Assembly: GCA_016190815.1 (NCBI GenBank)
Contig: JACPPT010000058.1
Coordinates: 2,826 to 66,825 of the forward strand
DNA: 64,000 nt
Origin: Chloroflexota bacterium
Lineage (GTDB): Bacteria > Chloroflexota > Dehalococcoidia > JACPPT01
Direction of reading: 5' to 3'
Shown here: piece after piece, positions 36,771 to 47,000 of the stretch
How positions within the stretch are numbered: position 1 is the stretch's first letter
Layout of the letters: every line of letters starts with the position of its first letter
Translations under genes and position numbers: made by a program
The notes under the pieces: model-generated
Seen by the model: only the letters and a program-made list of their open reading frames with translations
Told to the model about the DNA's origin: nothing
Database searches by the model: none

Positions 36771-37580
36771 CTATTTACCTTTCCACTGAGGCGCACGCTT
36801 TTCAGCAAATGCCCTGGGGCCTTCGTCATGGTCCTCTGTCACTTCTACCTGACGTAGGTACACATGTCCTTTGGTCTCGGCTTCATCAAGAGAAAGGCCC
36901 AGTCCCCTCAATATCCCCAGCTTGGTTCCCCTCACAGCCAGAGGGGCATTACGACAGATTATCTCTGCTATCTCCGTTGCCCTGGCCATCAGGCGTTCCT
37001 GGGGCATCATCTCGCTCACCAGCCCCAGTTCATAGGCTCTTTTGGCGTCCATTCTCTCATGCACACCCATAAGGGCCATTCGCAGACAGATGCCCAGGGG
37101 GATTCGACGGCTCATCTGTATCATCTCGTGGGCTGAGACCCAGCCTATGGAGACGTGGGGGTCGAAGAAGGTGGCGTTCTCCGAGCAGATAGCGATGTCG
37201 CTTTCCGTTACGAAGTCCAGGCCGCCACCGCAGCATATCCCGTTGACAGCGGCGATGACGGGCTTGGTTACATTGTGGGTTCTGGGGCCCCAGCGATAAG
37301 GAGTTACCTCTCCCACCTTGGCTTGAATGGTGTAGTATTCTCCTCTTGCTTTTCTATCGGCGGCGTCCCTCACGTCTGCCCCGCTGCACATCGCCCTGTT
37401 TCCTGCGCCGGTTACTATTGCTACCCAGAGGTTGTCATCCTTTTCGAAGTTCTGCCATATCTCCGTAAGCTCCAGGCGCATCTTCGTGTTGAAGGCGTTC
37501 AGCCTCTCTGGGCGATTGAGGGTTATGTAGGCGATCCTCCCCTTTTTCTCATAGATGACCGTTTCGTAAGGCAATTCCAT
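36771..37580 (-). CDS. Enoyl-CoA hydratase/isomerase (crotonase) family protein
   Basis: ITLNRPERLNAF, GAGNRAMCSGADV, NGICCGGGLDF; 269 aa. Confidence 0.85.
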   Translation of the reverse strand: MELPYETVIYEKKGRIAYITLNRPERLNAFNTKMRLELTEIWQNFEKDDNLWVAIVTGAGNRAMCSGADVRDAADRKARGEYYTIQAKVGEVTPYRWGPRTHNVTKPVIAAVNGICCGGGLDFVTESDIAICSENATFFDPHVSIGWVSAHEMIQMSRRIPLGICLRMALMGVHERMDAKRAYELGLVSEMMPQERLMARATEIAEIICRNAPLAVRGTKLGILRGLGLSLDEAETKGHVYLRQVEVTEDHDEGPRAFAEKRAPQWKGK

Positions 37581-37714
37581 CCTCCTTTCAGGTTTGGGCG
37601 GTCTTCCCTGCTGCTATGGTTTTGGCTTTTGCAGGCATAAAGAATACACCATTTCTGCGATTTAGCCAATAAGGTAGAAGGAGACCGTTTAGAAACGCCT
37701 TTCAACTCCCTGAA

Positions 37715-37797
37715 TCCCCCATTCTTGGGGGACTTTCTAAAGCTGGGGGATACCCCCAGTCCCCCAGCAAAGGGGGCAAAGCCCCTCTGCACTCCCC
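37715..37797. repeat. Array of short G5/C5 hairpins (intergenic repeat family, copy A)
   Basis: TCCCCC-6nt-GGGGGA (37715-37732), CTGGGGG-ATA-CCCCCAG (37743-37759), CCCCC-6nt-GGGGG (37761-37776), GGGGC-AAA-GCCCC (37773-37785), then CTGCACTCCCC. Lies in a divergent promoter region. Confidence 0.55.
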
Positions 37798-37881
37798 TTT
37801 TTAAACAGCCTCTAGAAGAAGCTGATTGGACATATCCTGGAACGCTACAGTAGAGTTGGTTTGCGCCTGGTTTTAGGTGTC

Positions 37882-37911
37882 TTGACAGCCGCTGGGCAAG
37901 GAGCCTAATAT
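37882..37911 (+). promoter_or_regulatory. Candidate sigma70-type promoter for the molybdoenzyme gene (TTGACA-18-TAATAT)
   Basis: TTGACA at 37882-37887 and TAATAT at 37906-37911, about 110 nt upstream of ATG 38024. Confidence 0.35.
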
Positions 37912-38023
37912 GCCCCTATAGCAATTTTCGAGGGAATCTGCGTTTGGTGTACTTAGGGAGCAGCAATAGCTCAGAGATATAAACTATTGATAAGATTATG
38001 GGGGCAATTCGGGAGGTGAACAC

Positions 38024-40240
38024 ATGGGCCCTGGTAAGGGGAAACGGTCGCAAGGTGACATAACGGTGATTTCCACGGGTTGTGGTCATGACTGTGGGGG
38101 AAGGTGTGTCCTCAAAGCCTACATCAAGGATGGGGTGGTTGTCCGAGTGGAGACCGATGATGGAGAGGAACCTCAGCTCCGAGCCTGCCTCAGAGGTCGC
38201 GCCATGCGTCAAGAGCTATATTCCCCGGACAGGCTGAAATTCCCCATGAAGAGAGTAGGGGAGAGGGGGGAGGGTAAGTTCGAACGGATTTCCTGGGGCG
38301 AGGCCCTGGATACTGTTGCCACTCGTCTCCAGCAGGTCAAGAAAACCTATGGGCCGTCTGCCATTTTCTACATTGGCTATACAGGTACCATAGGATACCT
38401 TCACAACCCCAGCACTGTGCAGCGATTGCTTAACATGCTCGGCGGCTGCACCACTGCTTGGGGTGACTCGTCTGCTGGTGGAGCCCGCTCTGCTTCTATG
38501 GCCACATATGGCACCGTGACTACTGCAAATAGCCGGGATGACTTGCTCAACTCTCGTATGATTATCATGTGGGGGTGGAATCCTACAACCACAATACACG
38601 TAACTACTACCACCTATTACCTGCGCAAAGCGAAGGAGGCCGGGATCAGGATTATATGCGTTGACCCCGTATTCAGTAATTCTGTTGCAACCTTTGCTGA
38701 CCAATGGATACCCGTCAGACCCGGCACTGATACCGCTATGCTCATCGCCATGGCTTATGTGATCATCAAAGAAAACCTTCAGGATCAAGGTTTCATCGAT
38801 GCCTACACCGTTGGCTTCGACAAATACAAGGACTATCTCCTGGGGCTTGAGGATGGCGTGCCCAAGACACCAGCCTGGGCAGAAAAAATAACCGGAGTGC
38901 CAGCCGCCACTATTCAGAAACTTGCCAGGGAGTATGCCACTGCAAAACCAGCGGCGTTGTTACCGGGTTGGGGCCCAGGGCGCACCGCCTACGGCGAGCA
39001 GTATCACAGGGCAGCTATGACTCTGGCAACGATGACAGGCAATGTGGGTGTCCACGGAGGTAATGCCGCTGGCTACGACAATGGGTATATGGGGATCACT
39101 CTGGGAAGTGGGATACCTGCTGGCAGCAACCCCGCAGAGGAAGGGATCCTGCCGCCACCGAACGGTGCCCTGGAAACTCGTTCACATGCTGGTCTGCATA
39201 GGTGCAGGATGTGGGACGCAATTCTAGGTGAAGAATCTGGCGGCTACCACAGGGACATCAAGATGCTCTATGTTGTGGCTTCGAACCCTTTGAACCAGGC
39301 CCCGAATCTTAACAAGGGCGTAAGAGCCTTGAAGAAGCTTGACTTTATCGTTGTTCATGAGCAGTTCATGACTGCTACCGCAAGGTTTGCTGACATTTTG
39401 TTGCCAATCAATACCAATTGGGAGAGGAACGATATTACTCGCCCCTGGGTTCATGGCACCTATTTCATTCACGTCAGCAAGCTTGTCGACTCTTTAGGTG
39501 AGTCCAAGTCGGACTTCGAGATATGCGTTGAACTGGCCCGCCGACTGGGAATTGAAAACTACAGTGACAAGACAGAGGGCGAGTGGCTGAGAGAGATCTG
39601 CAAATCGCTCTATGGTCAGCCTGACTATGACACGCTGAAGAAGAACGGTGTCTACAGAGTTAAATCTCTGGAGACTTACATTTCCTTTGAGAAGCAGGTC
39701 AATGACCCCAAGCACTACCCATTTCCTACTCCATCGGGGAAAATTGAAATATACTCACAGCTTTACGAAGGTCTCAACAATCCCGAGCTTCCATCCGTAC
39801 CCAAATACATAGAGTCCTGGGAGGGGCACAGCGACCCCCTGACACAGAATTATCCTCTGCAACTCATAACTGCCAGGTCCAAAAGGCGAGCTCACTCCTG
39901 CTACGAAACTATTCCTTGGCTGCAAGAGCTCGAGCGCCAGGCGATATGGATTAATCCCAGGGATGCCTCATCTCGGGGCGTTGCTGAAGGGGATGAGATT
40001 AAGGTATTCAATGAGCGGGGGCAAATGATTCTGCCCGTCCGCGTTACCGAGCGCATTATGCCTGGTGTGGTCTTGATAAATGAGGGCGCTTGGTATCTCC
40101 CAGATGAGGAAGGCATAGATAGAGGCGGGTGTCCGAACACTCTCACCAAAGATACGTATTCACCGGGAGGAGCATTCCCCTACAATACCTGTCTCGTCCA
40201 GGTTGAAAGAGCAGGCGGCTTTGGGATCGGCCCGAAATAA
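38024..40240 (+). CDS. Molybdopterin (DMSO-reductase family) oxidoreductase, cytoplasmic
   Basis: 738 aa. N-terminal Fe-S Cys group CGHDCGGRC. C-terminal molybdopterin dinucleotide-binding domain (INPRDASSRGVAEGDEIKVFNERGQMILPVRVTERIMPGVV). No twin-arginine signal. Confidence 0.85.
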   Translation: MGPGKGKRSQGDITVISTGCGHDCGGRCVLKAYIKDGVVVRVETDDGEEPQLRACLRGRAMRQELYSPDRLKFPMKRVGERGEGKFERISWGEALDTVATRLQQVKKTYGPSAIFYIGYTGTIGYLHNPSTVQRLLNMLGGCTTAWGDSSAGGARSASMATYGTVTTANSRDDLLNSRMIIMWGWNPTTTIHVTTTTYYLRKAKEAGIRIICVDPVFSNSVATFADQWIPVRPGTDTAMLIAMAYVIIKENLQDQGFIDAYTVGFDKYKDYLLGLEDGVPKTPAWAEKITGVPAATIQKLAREYATAKPAALLPGWGPGRTAYGEQYHRAAMTLATMTGNVGVHGGNAAGYDNGYMGITLGSGIPAGSNPAEEGILPPPNGALETRSHAGLHRCRMWDAILGEESGGYHRDIKMLYVVASNPLNQAPNLNKGVRALKKLDFIVVHEQFMTATARFADILLPINTNWERNDITRPWVHGTYFIHVSKLVDSLGESKSDFEICVELARRLGIENYSDKTEGEWLREICKSLYGQPDYDTLKKNGVYRVKSLETYISFEKQVNDPKHYPFPTPSGKIEIYSQLYEGLNNPELPSVPKYIESWEGHSDPLTQNYPLQLITARSKRRAHSCYETIPWLQELERQAIWINPRDASSRGVAEGDEIKVFNERGQMILPVRVTERIMPGVVLINEGAWYLPDEEGIDRGGCPNTLTKDTYSPGGAFPYNTCLVQVERAGGFGIGPK

Positions 40241-40288
40241 AGAAAAGCTTATCGCCCGTGTTACGAAGGCATTCTGTGCTCATGTGTC

Positions 40289-41614
40289 ATGGGGACGGAG
40301 AAAAGGATGAGCTCTATGGAGAAAGAGACTGACGTAGTCATCATTGGAGCGGGAATCTCCGGCTGCGCTACCGCCTATAATCTCGCCAAGCGTGGCACGA
40401 GGGTCGTAGTGATAGATAAGCAGGGGGTGGCTTCTGAGGCTTCAGGCAGGACGATGGCAGCCATAAGGCAGCACGGAAGACACCCAGCGGAAATGTCTTT
40501 GATGAGGGAGGCCATAAAGATATGGGGACGCCTGGATGAGGAGCTGGGATACGAGACGGAGTTCGTGCAAGGTGGGAATCTGATTGTAGCCGAGGATGAT
40601 AAGCATTTGGAGAGGCTTGCAGAGTACGAAAGGCTCGCCAAAGAGGCAGAGGTAGACTCCAGGCTATTGACCTACGAGGAGGTAAAAAAGCTGGTTCCCT
40701 CCCTCGAATACCCCGTTCGTGCTGCGTTGTACTCTCCTGGAGATGGCCACTGTAATCCTGTGAAGGCCACAGTCGGCTTTGCCAAAGTGGCCGAGGAACG
40801 GGGCGCCAGGTTCTACAGCAACACTGTGGCGCTGGGGATCGAAACAACCGCTGGTCGGGTTAGCTCGGTGACCACAGATAAAGGCGAGATAAAAACACCT
40901 GTCGTTGTAAACGCCGCTGGAATCTGGGCCAATCGAGTGGCCAGGATGGTCGGGCTGTATCTTCCTATAAAGGTAACTGTTTCCCATGTTGGGGAAACAG
41001 AGCCTCTTCCTCCCCTCTTCAAGACTTTCCTCTGGATGCCCAAGCTGAGCTGTCGTCAAACAGCTAGCGGGACCCTGCGCTTTGGTGGTGGGTACCTCGG
41101 GGTTCGTGACCACTATATTGGCCTGGATAGTTTTGACAACCTGGGTTTGTGGCTCCCTCGGCTTTTGCGCTTCAGGCGTTTTATCCGTCTAGTATTCAAC
41201 GGTTCGCACCTCTGGAGAGAGATAAGGCGGGATTTCCCGCTGGGGAAGAAGGACAGGCGCCTGCTTGAGTTCGCTGCGGGATGGGAGCCTAGGGCTAACA
41301 ATAGGTATCTGAGCCATCAGGCTCAGATACTTTGGCAGAGGATGCCAGGTCTCAAGGGCACGAAAATTATGAGGACATGGGCGGGACTAAATGGTCTAAC
41401 AGCAGACTTGCTTCCGATCATGGGGAGAGTAGAGCACCCAGATGGCTTTTTTGTGGTCTGCTTCCCCTCTCATGGCTTTGCTCCGGGGCCTGTAACCGGC
41501 AAGCTGGTCTCTGAGCTCATTCTGAATGGCAAAACGTCCATTCCCATTGATGCCTTCAACCCCATGCGCTTTTACAAGAAGAAGGCCGTCGCCATGCCCT
41601 CTGACGTGCTTTAG
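40289..41614 (+). CDS. FAD-dependent oxidoreductase (DAO / sarcosine-oxidase-beta-like)
   Basis: DVVIIGAGISGCATAYNLAKRG dinucleotide-binding motif; 441 aa. The start may be the internal ATG at MSSMEKE. Confidence 0.8.
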   Translation: MGTEKRMSSMEKETDVVIIGAGISGCATAYNLAKRGTRVVVIDKQGVASEASGRTMAAIRQHGRHPAEMSLMREAIKIWGRLDEELGYETEFVQGGNLIVAEDDKHLERLAEYERLAKEAEVDSRLLTYEEVKKLVPSLEYPVRAALYSPGDGHCNPVKATVGFAKVAEERGARFYSNTVALGIETTAGRVSSVTTDKGEIKTPVVVNAAGIWANRVARMVGLYLPIKVTVSHVGETEPLPPLFKTFLWMPKLSCRQTASGTLRFGGGYLGVRDHYIGLDSFDNLGLWLPRLLRFRRFIRLVFNGSHLWREIRRDFPLGKKDRRLLEFAAGWEPRANNRYLSHQAQILWQRMPGLKGTKIMRTWAGLNGLTADLLPIMGRVEHPDGFFVVCFPSHGFAPGPVTGKLVSELILNGKTSIPIDAFNPMRFYKKKAVAMPSDVL

Positions 41615-41658
41615 TAGACTACAAGCTGTCCCAGCTTACTTTGGAATCATCTTCAGCC

Positions 41659-43293
41659 CTAAAGTGGGACAAGGCTCAAGTCCACAGGGACGGCCTGGGG
41701 ATGCATTTTCTCCTCAATTTGGCTGATAAGGATGTTCTTCAGCCAGCTTTTATTGTCTTCCTCAGGGAAGTCGCTGCGGAAATGGGCGCCACGGCTTTCG
41801 GTGCGCATCAATGCTGCTCGGCACACCATCTCGGCGACGGTGAGCATGTTTTGAAGTTCCAGCTTTTTCCTGAGTTCCAGCGGGGTGACAGCACCGGCCT
41901 GGGGCAAAGCCTTGCCCAGATGAGCGATTTCCCTCAAGGCGCTGGTCAAGCTCTTTTCGTCCCTGACTATCCCCACATTGAGCCACATAGTCTCTTTTAG
42001 ATGTCGCCGGAGATCGTCCACTCGGCTACCTGGAGTGGTCATGGCTCTAAGGCGGTCCAATTCCATTGACAGTGTTCCAGGAGAAACCTCCGGGAGCAGC
42101 CCTCTCAATATGGATGCTTCCCTTCCAGCTATGGCACCGAAGACAAATATTTCAGTCAAGGCGTTGCCGCCCAGACGGTTGGCCCCATGGACACCGCCGC
42201 AAACTTCCCCGCATGCCAGCAGACCATGTATGGAGGTATGAGCCGCCTGATCGATGACAACGCCGCCCATTTGGAAATGGACTGTCGGCGCTACCAGTAG
42301 GTGGTGCTGTCCTCTGATCCTGCGGGGAAGCATTGTGAGCAGTCTCTCCAATGTCCCATCAGGCACTGGAGTCAAGTCCAGCATTACTTTGCCTTGTATT
42401 CCTCTGCCTTCCTGGATTTCTGCCCACATCGCTCGGGTAAGACGGTCGCGCACCAGGGCATTCTGGAGGCGGTGACGCTGGATGATGTCCTCTCCTAGAG
42501 AGTTAAGGAGACGAGCCCCTGCGCGGAAGACAAAGGCCTCATAGCTGATATCGCGTCCACCCAGTTTCCCGACGGCAGTGGGGTAAAACTGGACAAACTC
42601 CATATCCACCAGAGGAAGGCCTGCCTGGTAGGCCAGGGCATAGCCATCGCCCGTGATGCCAGCAGCGTTATTGGTGTGAAGGTATATCTGGCCCAGACCG
42701 CCGCAGGCCAGGATGGTGGCTTTCGCTTTGAAGACAACCATCTCCCCCCTGGGGTCGATTCCTACCGCTCCCACTGCCTGGTCTCCAGCTATGAGGAGGC
42801 GGGTGACCATTATTCCCTCCAGAAACTTGATGCCCAACTTCTGGGCATAGGCCCTCAAAGGCAGGGAGAGATCAGTGCCGATATTGTTTTCCCCATAGGC
42901 ATTCCTGGGGTAAGAGTGTCCGGGCGACTGGGCCATCCAGATTCTGCCTTCCTCCTTGCGGAAGGGGATGCCGAAGGAGTCCAGGTCGGCAACCTGCTGA
43001 GGGCCACCCGTGGCCAGCACTTCCGCCAGCCGCTGCTGATTGATAAAGCGCCCTCCCAGGACCATATCTCGAAGGTGAATCTGAGGATTGTCCCTCGGGT
43101 CCCTGCCGCCCGTTGCACTGGCCATGCCGGCACCGGACTTGGCGGTGTTGCTGCCGTAGCCCACCCGGGACTTGGATACTATTAAAACCTCGGAGCCACT
43201 CTTGCGGGCCTCAATCGCTGCTCGCATCCCGGCTCCGCCCCCGCCAAGGATGAGAACGTCGGTGCTGATCACCTCGGGTGGCAAGCTAAGCAT
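41659..43293 (-). CDS. Succinate dehydrogenase/fumarate reductase/L-aspartate oxidase-type FAD flavoprotein
   Basis: DVLILGGGGAGMRAAIEA, HFQMGGV, ANRLGGNAL, ESRGAHFRSDFPEEDN; 544 aa. No adjacent Fe-S or membrane subunit. Confidence 0.8.
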   Translation of the reverse strand: MLSLPPEVISTDVLILGGGGAGMRAAIEARKSGSEVLIVSKSRVGYGSNTAKSGAGMASATGGRDPRDNPQIHLRDMVLGGRFINQQRLAEVLATGGPQQVADLDSFGIPFRKEEGRIWMAQSPGHSYPRNAYGENNIGTDLSLPLRAYAQKLGIKFLEGIMVTRLLIAGDQAVGAVGIDPRGEMVVFKAKATILACGGLGQIYLHTNNAAGITGDGYALAYQAGLPLVDMEFVQFYPTAVGKLGGRDISYEAFVFRAGARLLNSLGEDIIQRHRLQNALVRDRLTRAMWAEIQEGRGIQGKVMLDLTPVPDGTLERLLTMLPRRIRGQHHLLVAPTVHFQMGGVVIDQAAHTSIHGLLACGEVCGGVHGANRLGGNALTEIFVFGAIAGREASILRGLLPEVSPGTLSMELDRLRAMTTPGSRVDDLRRHLKETMWLNVGIVRDEKSLTSALREIAHLGKALPQAGAVTPLELRKKLELQNMLTVAEMVCRAALMRTESRGAHFRSDFPEEDNKSWLKNILISQIEEKMHPQAVPVDLSLVPL

Positions 43294-43629
43294 CCTTCAC
43301 CTCCTGAGAACCTGTAGCGTTGTCCGATTTTGATAAGCGGTTCCCTTGCCTTTGACTCGCCTCACCATTTTACCGCCCTCGCCTCTCGGCTTTACGGCAA
43401 ATGGTATCAGAAAAGCCTCACAAGTCAAACTGCAACCCGCATTGAAAGGCAGTCCAGTCACCCCCTCTGGATTCCCACGATGACTCCGAAGCATCCGTAC
43501 GCTGATTTACATAAACAAGTTCTAGGTAGGGCAAAGGCTATAGCGGATAGGATGATAGAATATTTGTGCAGCCCCCGTCCTAAAACTAGCAATTGACCTG
43601 TAAGTGGCTGTGACACAGACTACTGAACA

Positions 43630-43843
43630 CCCCCTCTTAGGTCTAAGAGGGGGAGAAAAAAGAAACTCAGGGGGACACCCCTTCGGCAGGCTCAGGGCAG
43701 GCCCCTGGAACCCCTGGCAAAAGGGCTTCGCTCTTCTGCACTTCCCATGAGGCGCAGGAGGACCCTGGGAACCCTGGTTCCCAGGTGGGGGTCTGGGGGA
43801 TACCCCCAGATTCACATTTCCCCTTCTCCTGCAGGAGAAGGGG
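43630..43843. repeat. Array of perfect short palindromic hairpins (intergenic repeat family, copy B)
   Basis: CCCCCTCTTAG/CTAAGAGGGGG (43630-43653), CCTGGGAACC/GGTTCCCAGG (43764-43785), CTGGGGG-ATA-CCCCCAG (43793-43809, identical 17-mer to 37743-37759), CCCCTTCTCC-TGCA-GGAGAAGGGG (43820-43843). Confidence 0.6.
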
Positions 43844-44040
43844 GCAGGGGATGAGGTATCAGATCACTCCAGGGGTGAATCATAGGGGAAACCCAGTGAG
43901 CATGAACCCAACCAGCATCATACGGGTGAAGCTGGGTAAAGCTGAATCACTGATTTCGGGCCCATACACCGTATTGCCCGTTCCAGGTTCCTGTGCTATA
44001 ATCCAGACGTCTCCATTACAGTCAAGATATATGGTGTTAG

Positions 44041-47000
44041 ATGCTTAAGAGCGCTGTATTACTACCATTTTTGAACAAAACAGTGACACCTAGAGGTCGA
44101 AAGGACACGCTTCGACGGCAGAGGCTGCTGGACATCCTCGGCACGGTCTCGGAAAGGAGACTGGTAGTGGTCTGGGCTCCCGCGGGTTATGGCAAGACCA
44201 CTCTGCTCGTAGACTTTGCTAAAGACTCGACCGCCGAGGTGTGCTGGCTCACCCTCAACGAAGAGGACCAGGACCCTCAAGCCTTCTTGCAATATCTTAT
44301 TGCATCCCTGCGCGCACGCTTTCCTGATTTTGGTTTTGCGGCGGAGCGATATCTTTGCAGCGAACAGCTATCCGAGAAAGACTGGACCACCGCCGCAGGC
44401 ATTCTCTTAAGCGAGTTTCACCAGGATATTTCAAAGGATGTGGCGATTGTTCTGGAAGACCTTCACAAGCTTGAAGACGGCCGTGCTATCAGTAGACTCA
44501 TCAATCTACTGATAGAGCGGGCTCCTTCTAACATGCATTTTGTCATTTCCAGTCGGGATTTTCCCCAGTTGCCCTGTCTCCCGTCTCTGCTCGCAAGGAG
44601 AGAGGCCACTCTCATCAGCAGAGAAGACCTGAGGTTCAACCCACAGGAGACTGTGGCTTTGCTCAGCGAGGGTCTGGGCATGGTCACCTCAATAGAGAAT
44701 GCGATGCAGCTAACAGCACGCACGGAAGGCTGGATCACAGGCATAATTTTGCTTGCTACAACCTCACAGGACTGGACAACAGGTTTGTATTCCTCGGAGA
44801 GGATTTCCCACCAGATCCTTTTCGACTACCTTGTCGCTGAGGTTCTGAGCAGATTACCTGAAGACATGCAAAAGTTTCTACTACGTACTAGCGTGTTGAG
44901 TCAGATAGAGGAGATGTTCTGTGCATCTCTTTTGATGGATTCCAAGGTTGGGTCATATTTGGAGCAGCTAGATGAAAAGGGCCTGTTTATCCAGATAAGA
45001 CAGGGGACGCCGAGGGTCTATGTCTATCACGACCTATTCCGAACTTTCTTGGAAGCACGCTTCAAGTCCCTTGATCCAGTGGGATATAAAGAGCTTAACT
45101 TACGAGTTGCTGAACTCTATGAACAAAAAGGCGACTCGGAGCAGGCTATAGAGCATAGGTTTAAAGCTGGCTCCTATGAAATGGCAGCGGCATCAATAGA
45201 GAGAGTCGCATCGGATTACTTACGCGCAGGTCGTTGGATACGGCTAAAGGAGTGGTTAGAACGATTACCTAACGATATCAGGACTTCACGGCCAGCCCTT
45301 GTTCTCGCCGAGGCCCAGTGTCTTATAAGGGCTGGGGAAACGAGCGAAGCCCTTTCCAGTCTGACTGGACTATTGCGAAACCCGAAGGCAGAGGAGAGCT
45401 TTGATATTTTGAGCACTGCCCTTGCCTTAAAGAGCTCGGTCTTGAGACTCCTTGGGAGATTACAGGCAGCTCGAGAAGCAGCAGAGGAGGCCCTGACACT
45501 GGCAACCGGGCATGACGGTTCTGCATCCCTGGTGGCAGAGATTCACAGGCAATTGGGCAGCATCTTTGCAAGCCAGGGCGAGTTCGGCAGGGCAAAACAT
45601 CATTTAGAAGTGGCTCTGGAGCTTACGCAGGGCCAGCCCGATCACGCCTTGTCGTATCTGCTTCATGATGCCCTGGGTACAGTTCTGGGTGAAACGGGGG
45701 ATTTGAGCAGCGCCCTATCCCATTTCGAAGTTGCTCGACAAGGCTGGTCGAAACTGAAGAACGAGGGAGCCCTGGCGTTCACCCTTAACAATACTGCAAT
45801 GCTGTATTACGAAAAAGGCGAGGTCGAGCTAGCGCTGGAGTGTGCAGACCAGGCGGTAGCTGCTGCTGAGACAGCCAATTATACGGCGGCCAGGGCCTAT
45901 GCTTTGGTCACCAGGGGCAGAGCCCTGCGGGCTCAAAAAAAATTCAAACAAGCGGTAGATTCTTTCAGCAACGCTCTGGAACTCGCTCGTCAGGCGCAGG
46001 AATCGAGAATCGTCGCCGATGCTCTAAATGGCCTGGGCATGTCCTATAGCTCTATCGGCAATTACCACAAAGCTGAAGTATTGCTAGAGCAGGCGTTGGC
46101 GGAGACAGAAAGAACGGGGCAACGCTACTCGTCTGGCAAGTTCGCCCTCTCTCTGGGGATTGTTAAGGCCAAGCAGGAGAAGTGGGAGGACGCCAGTCGA
46201 TATCTGGAACAGGCCTGTCTCTTCTTGGACGCTGAAGAGGCTATCCGGGAGCTGGCAAAGGCGCAGCTTTGGCAAGCCTACATACTTTATATCGAGAGGA
46301 AAGGAGCTCAGGCGTTACTTAAGTTAAAGGGAGTAGCGCAACTCATCGAGAAGTTAGGTTATGGCGGGTTCATGCAGGAGCACGTTGTAGAGATGCCGGA
46401 ACTGATTCGCTATGCCGCAGCCAAGAGGGTGGGGGGTGAGCACTTTATAAGACTTTTCGAATGGCTGAGTTATACACCGGAAAAGCAAGGCCAAGCGGCC
46501 GCATCTGCCGGCGTAGAAAGCCTGCGGTTCCCTCAGGTAAGGGCCAGCGCATTCGGGACGGCAAAGGTAGCAGTAGAAGGACATGAGCTGAGTGACCTGG
46601 ACTGGCGTAGCAAAAAGGCTAAAGAGTTCTTTTTCTATCTTCTCTGTTGCAGGGGTATGCACCGCAAAGAGAAATTGCTGGCAGATATCTGGCCAGAGTT
46701 GGAGCCAGAAAAGGGTCACAGCACGTTCCATTCAAACCTCCACAGACTTAGACAAGCTGTCTTCCCGGCTGTGGTGGTTGAACAGGACGGGAAATATGTG
46801 ATAAACCCTGGTGCCGACATCTGGTTTGACCTGGAGGAGTTCAACAGGAGTGTGGATGCTGCTGGCAAACTTCCCAGGGGAACTGAAGAGAGAGCGTCTT
46901 TTCTTGAAAGGTCTGTAAACTTGTACGCTGGTCCGTTGCTCGAAGAGTTCGACTCTGAATGGGTGGCAGCTATTCAGAGGCAGACTGAGACGAAATACCT

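Noticed and set aside
37523-37792. 89-aa minus-strand ORF (GGLGVSPSFRKSPKNGGF...), and the similar 97-aa ORF at 43522-43815
   Set aside because: Both are translations of the G5/C5 hairpin repeat arrays (LGVSP = CTGGGGGTATCCCCCAG). They have no start context or domain, so they are treated as repeat DNA.
37912-38023. Possible Moco riboswitch in the 5' leader of the molybdoenzyme gene
   Set aside because: I could not recognise the conserved Moco-motif stems or loops by eye. Only an Infernal scan (RF01055) could settle it, so it is not called.
38024-40240. Selenocysteine recoding in the molybdopterin oxidoreductase
   Set aside because: The ORF is continuous with no in-frame TGA, so there is nothing to support a Sec codon or a SECIS element.
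43630-43843. Possible CRISPR array
   Set aside because: The palindromes differ from one another, are irregularly spaced, and are not separated by unique spacers of constant length. No cas genes are present.
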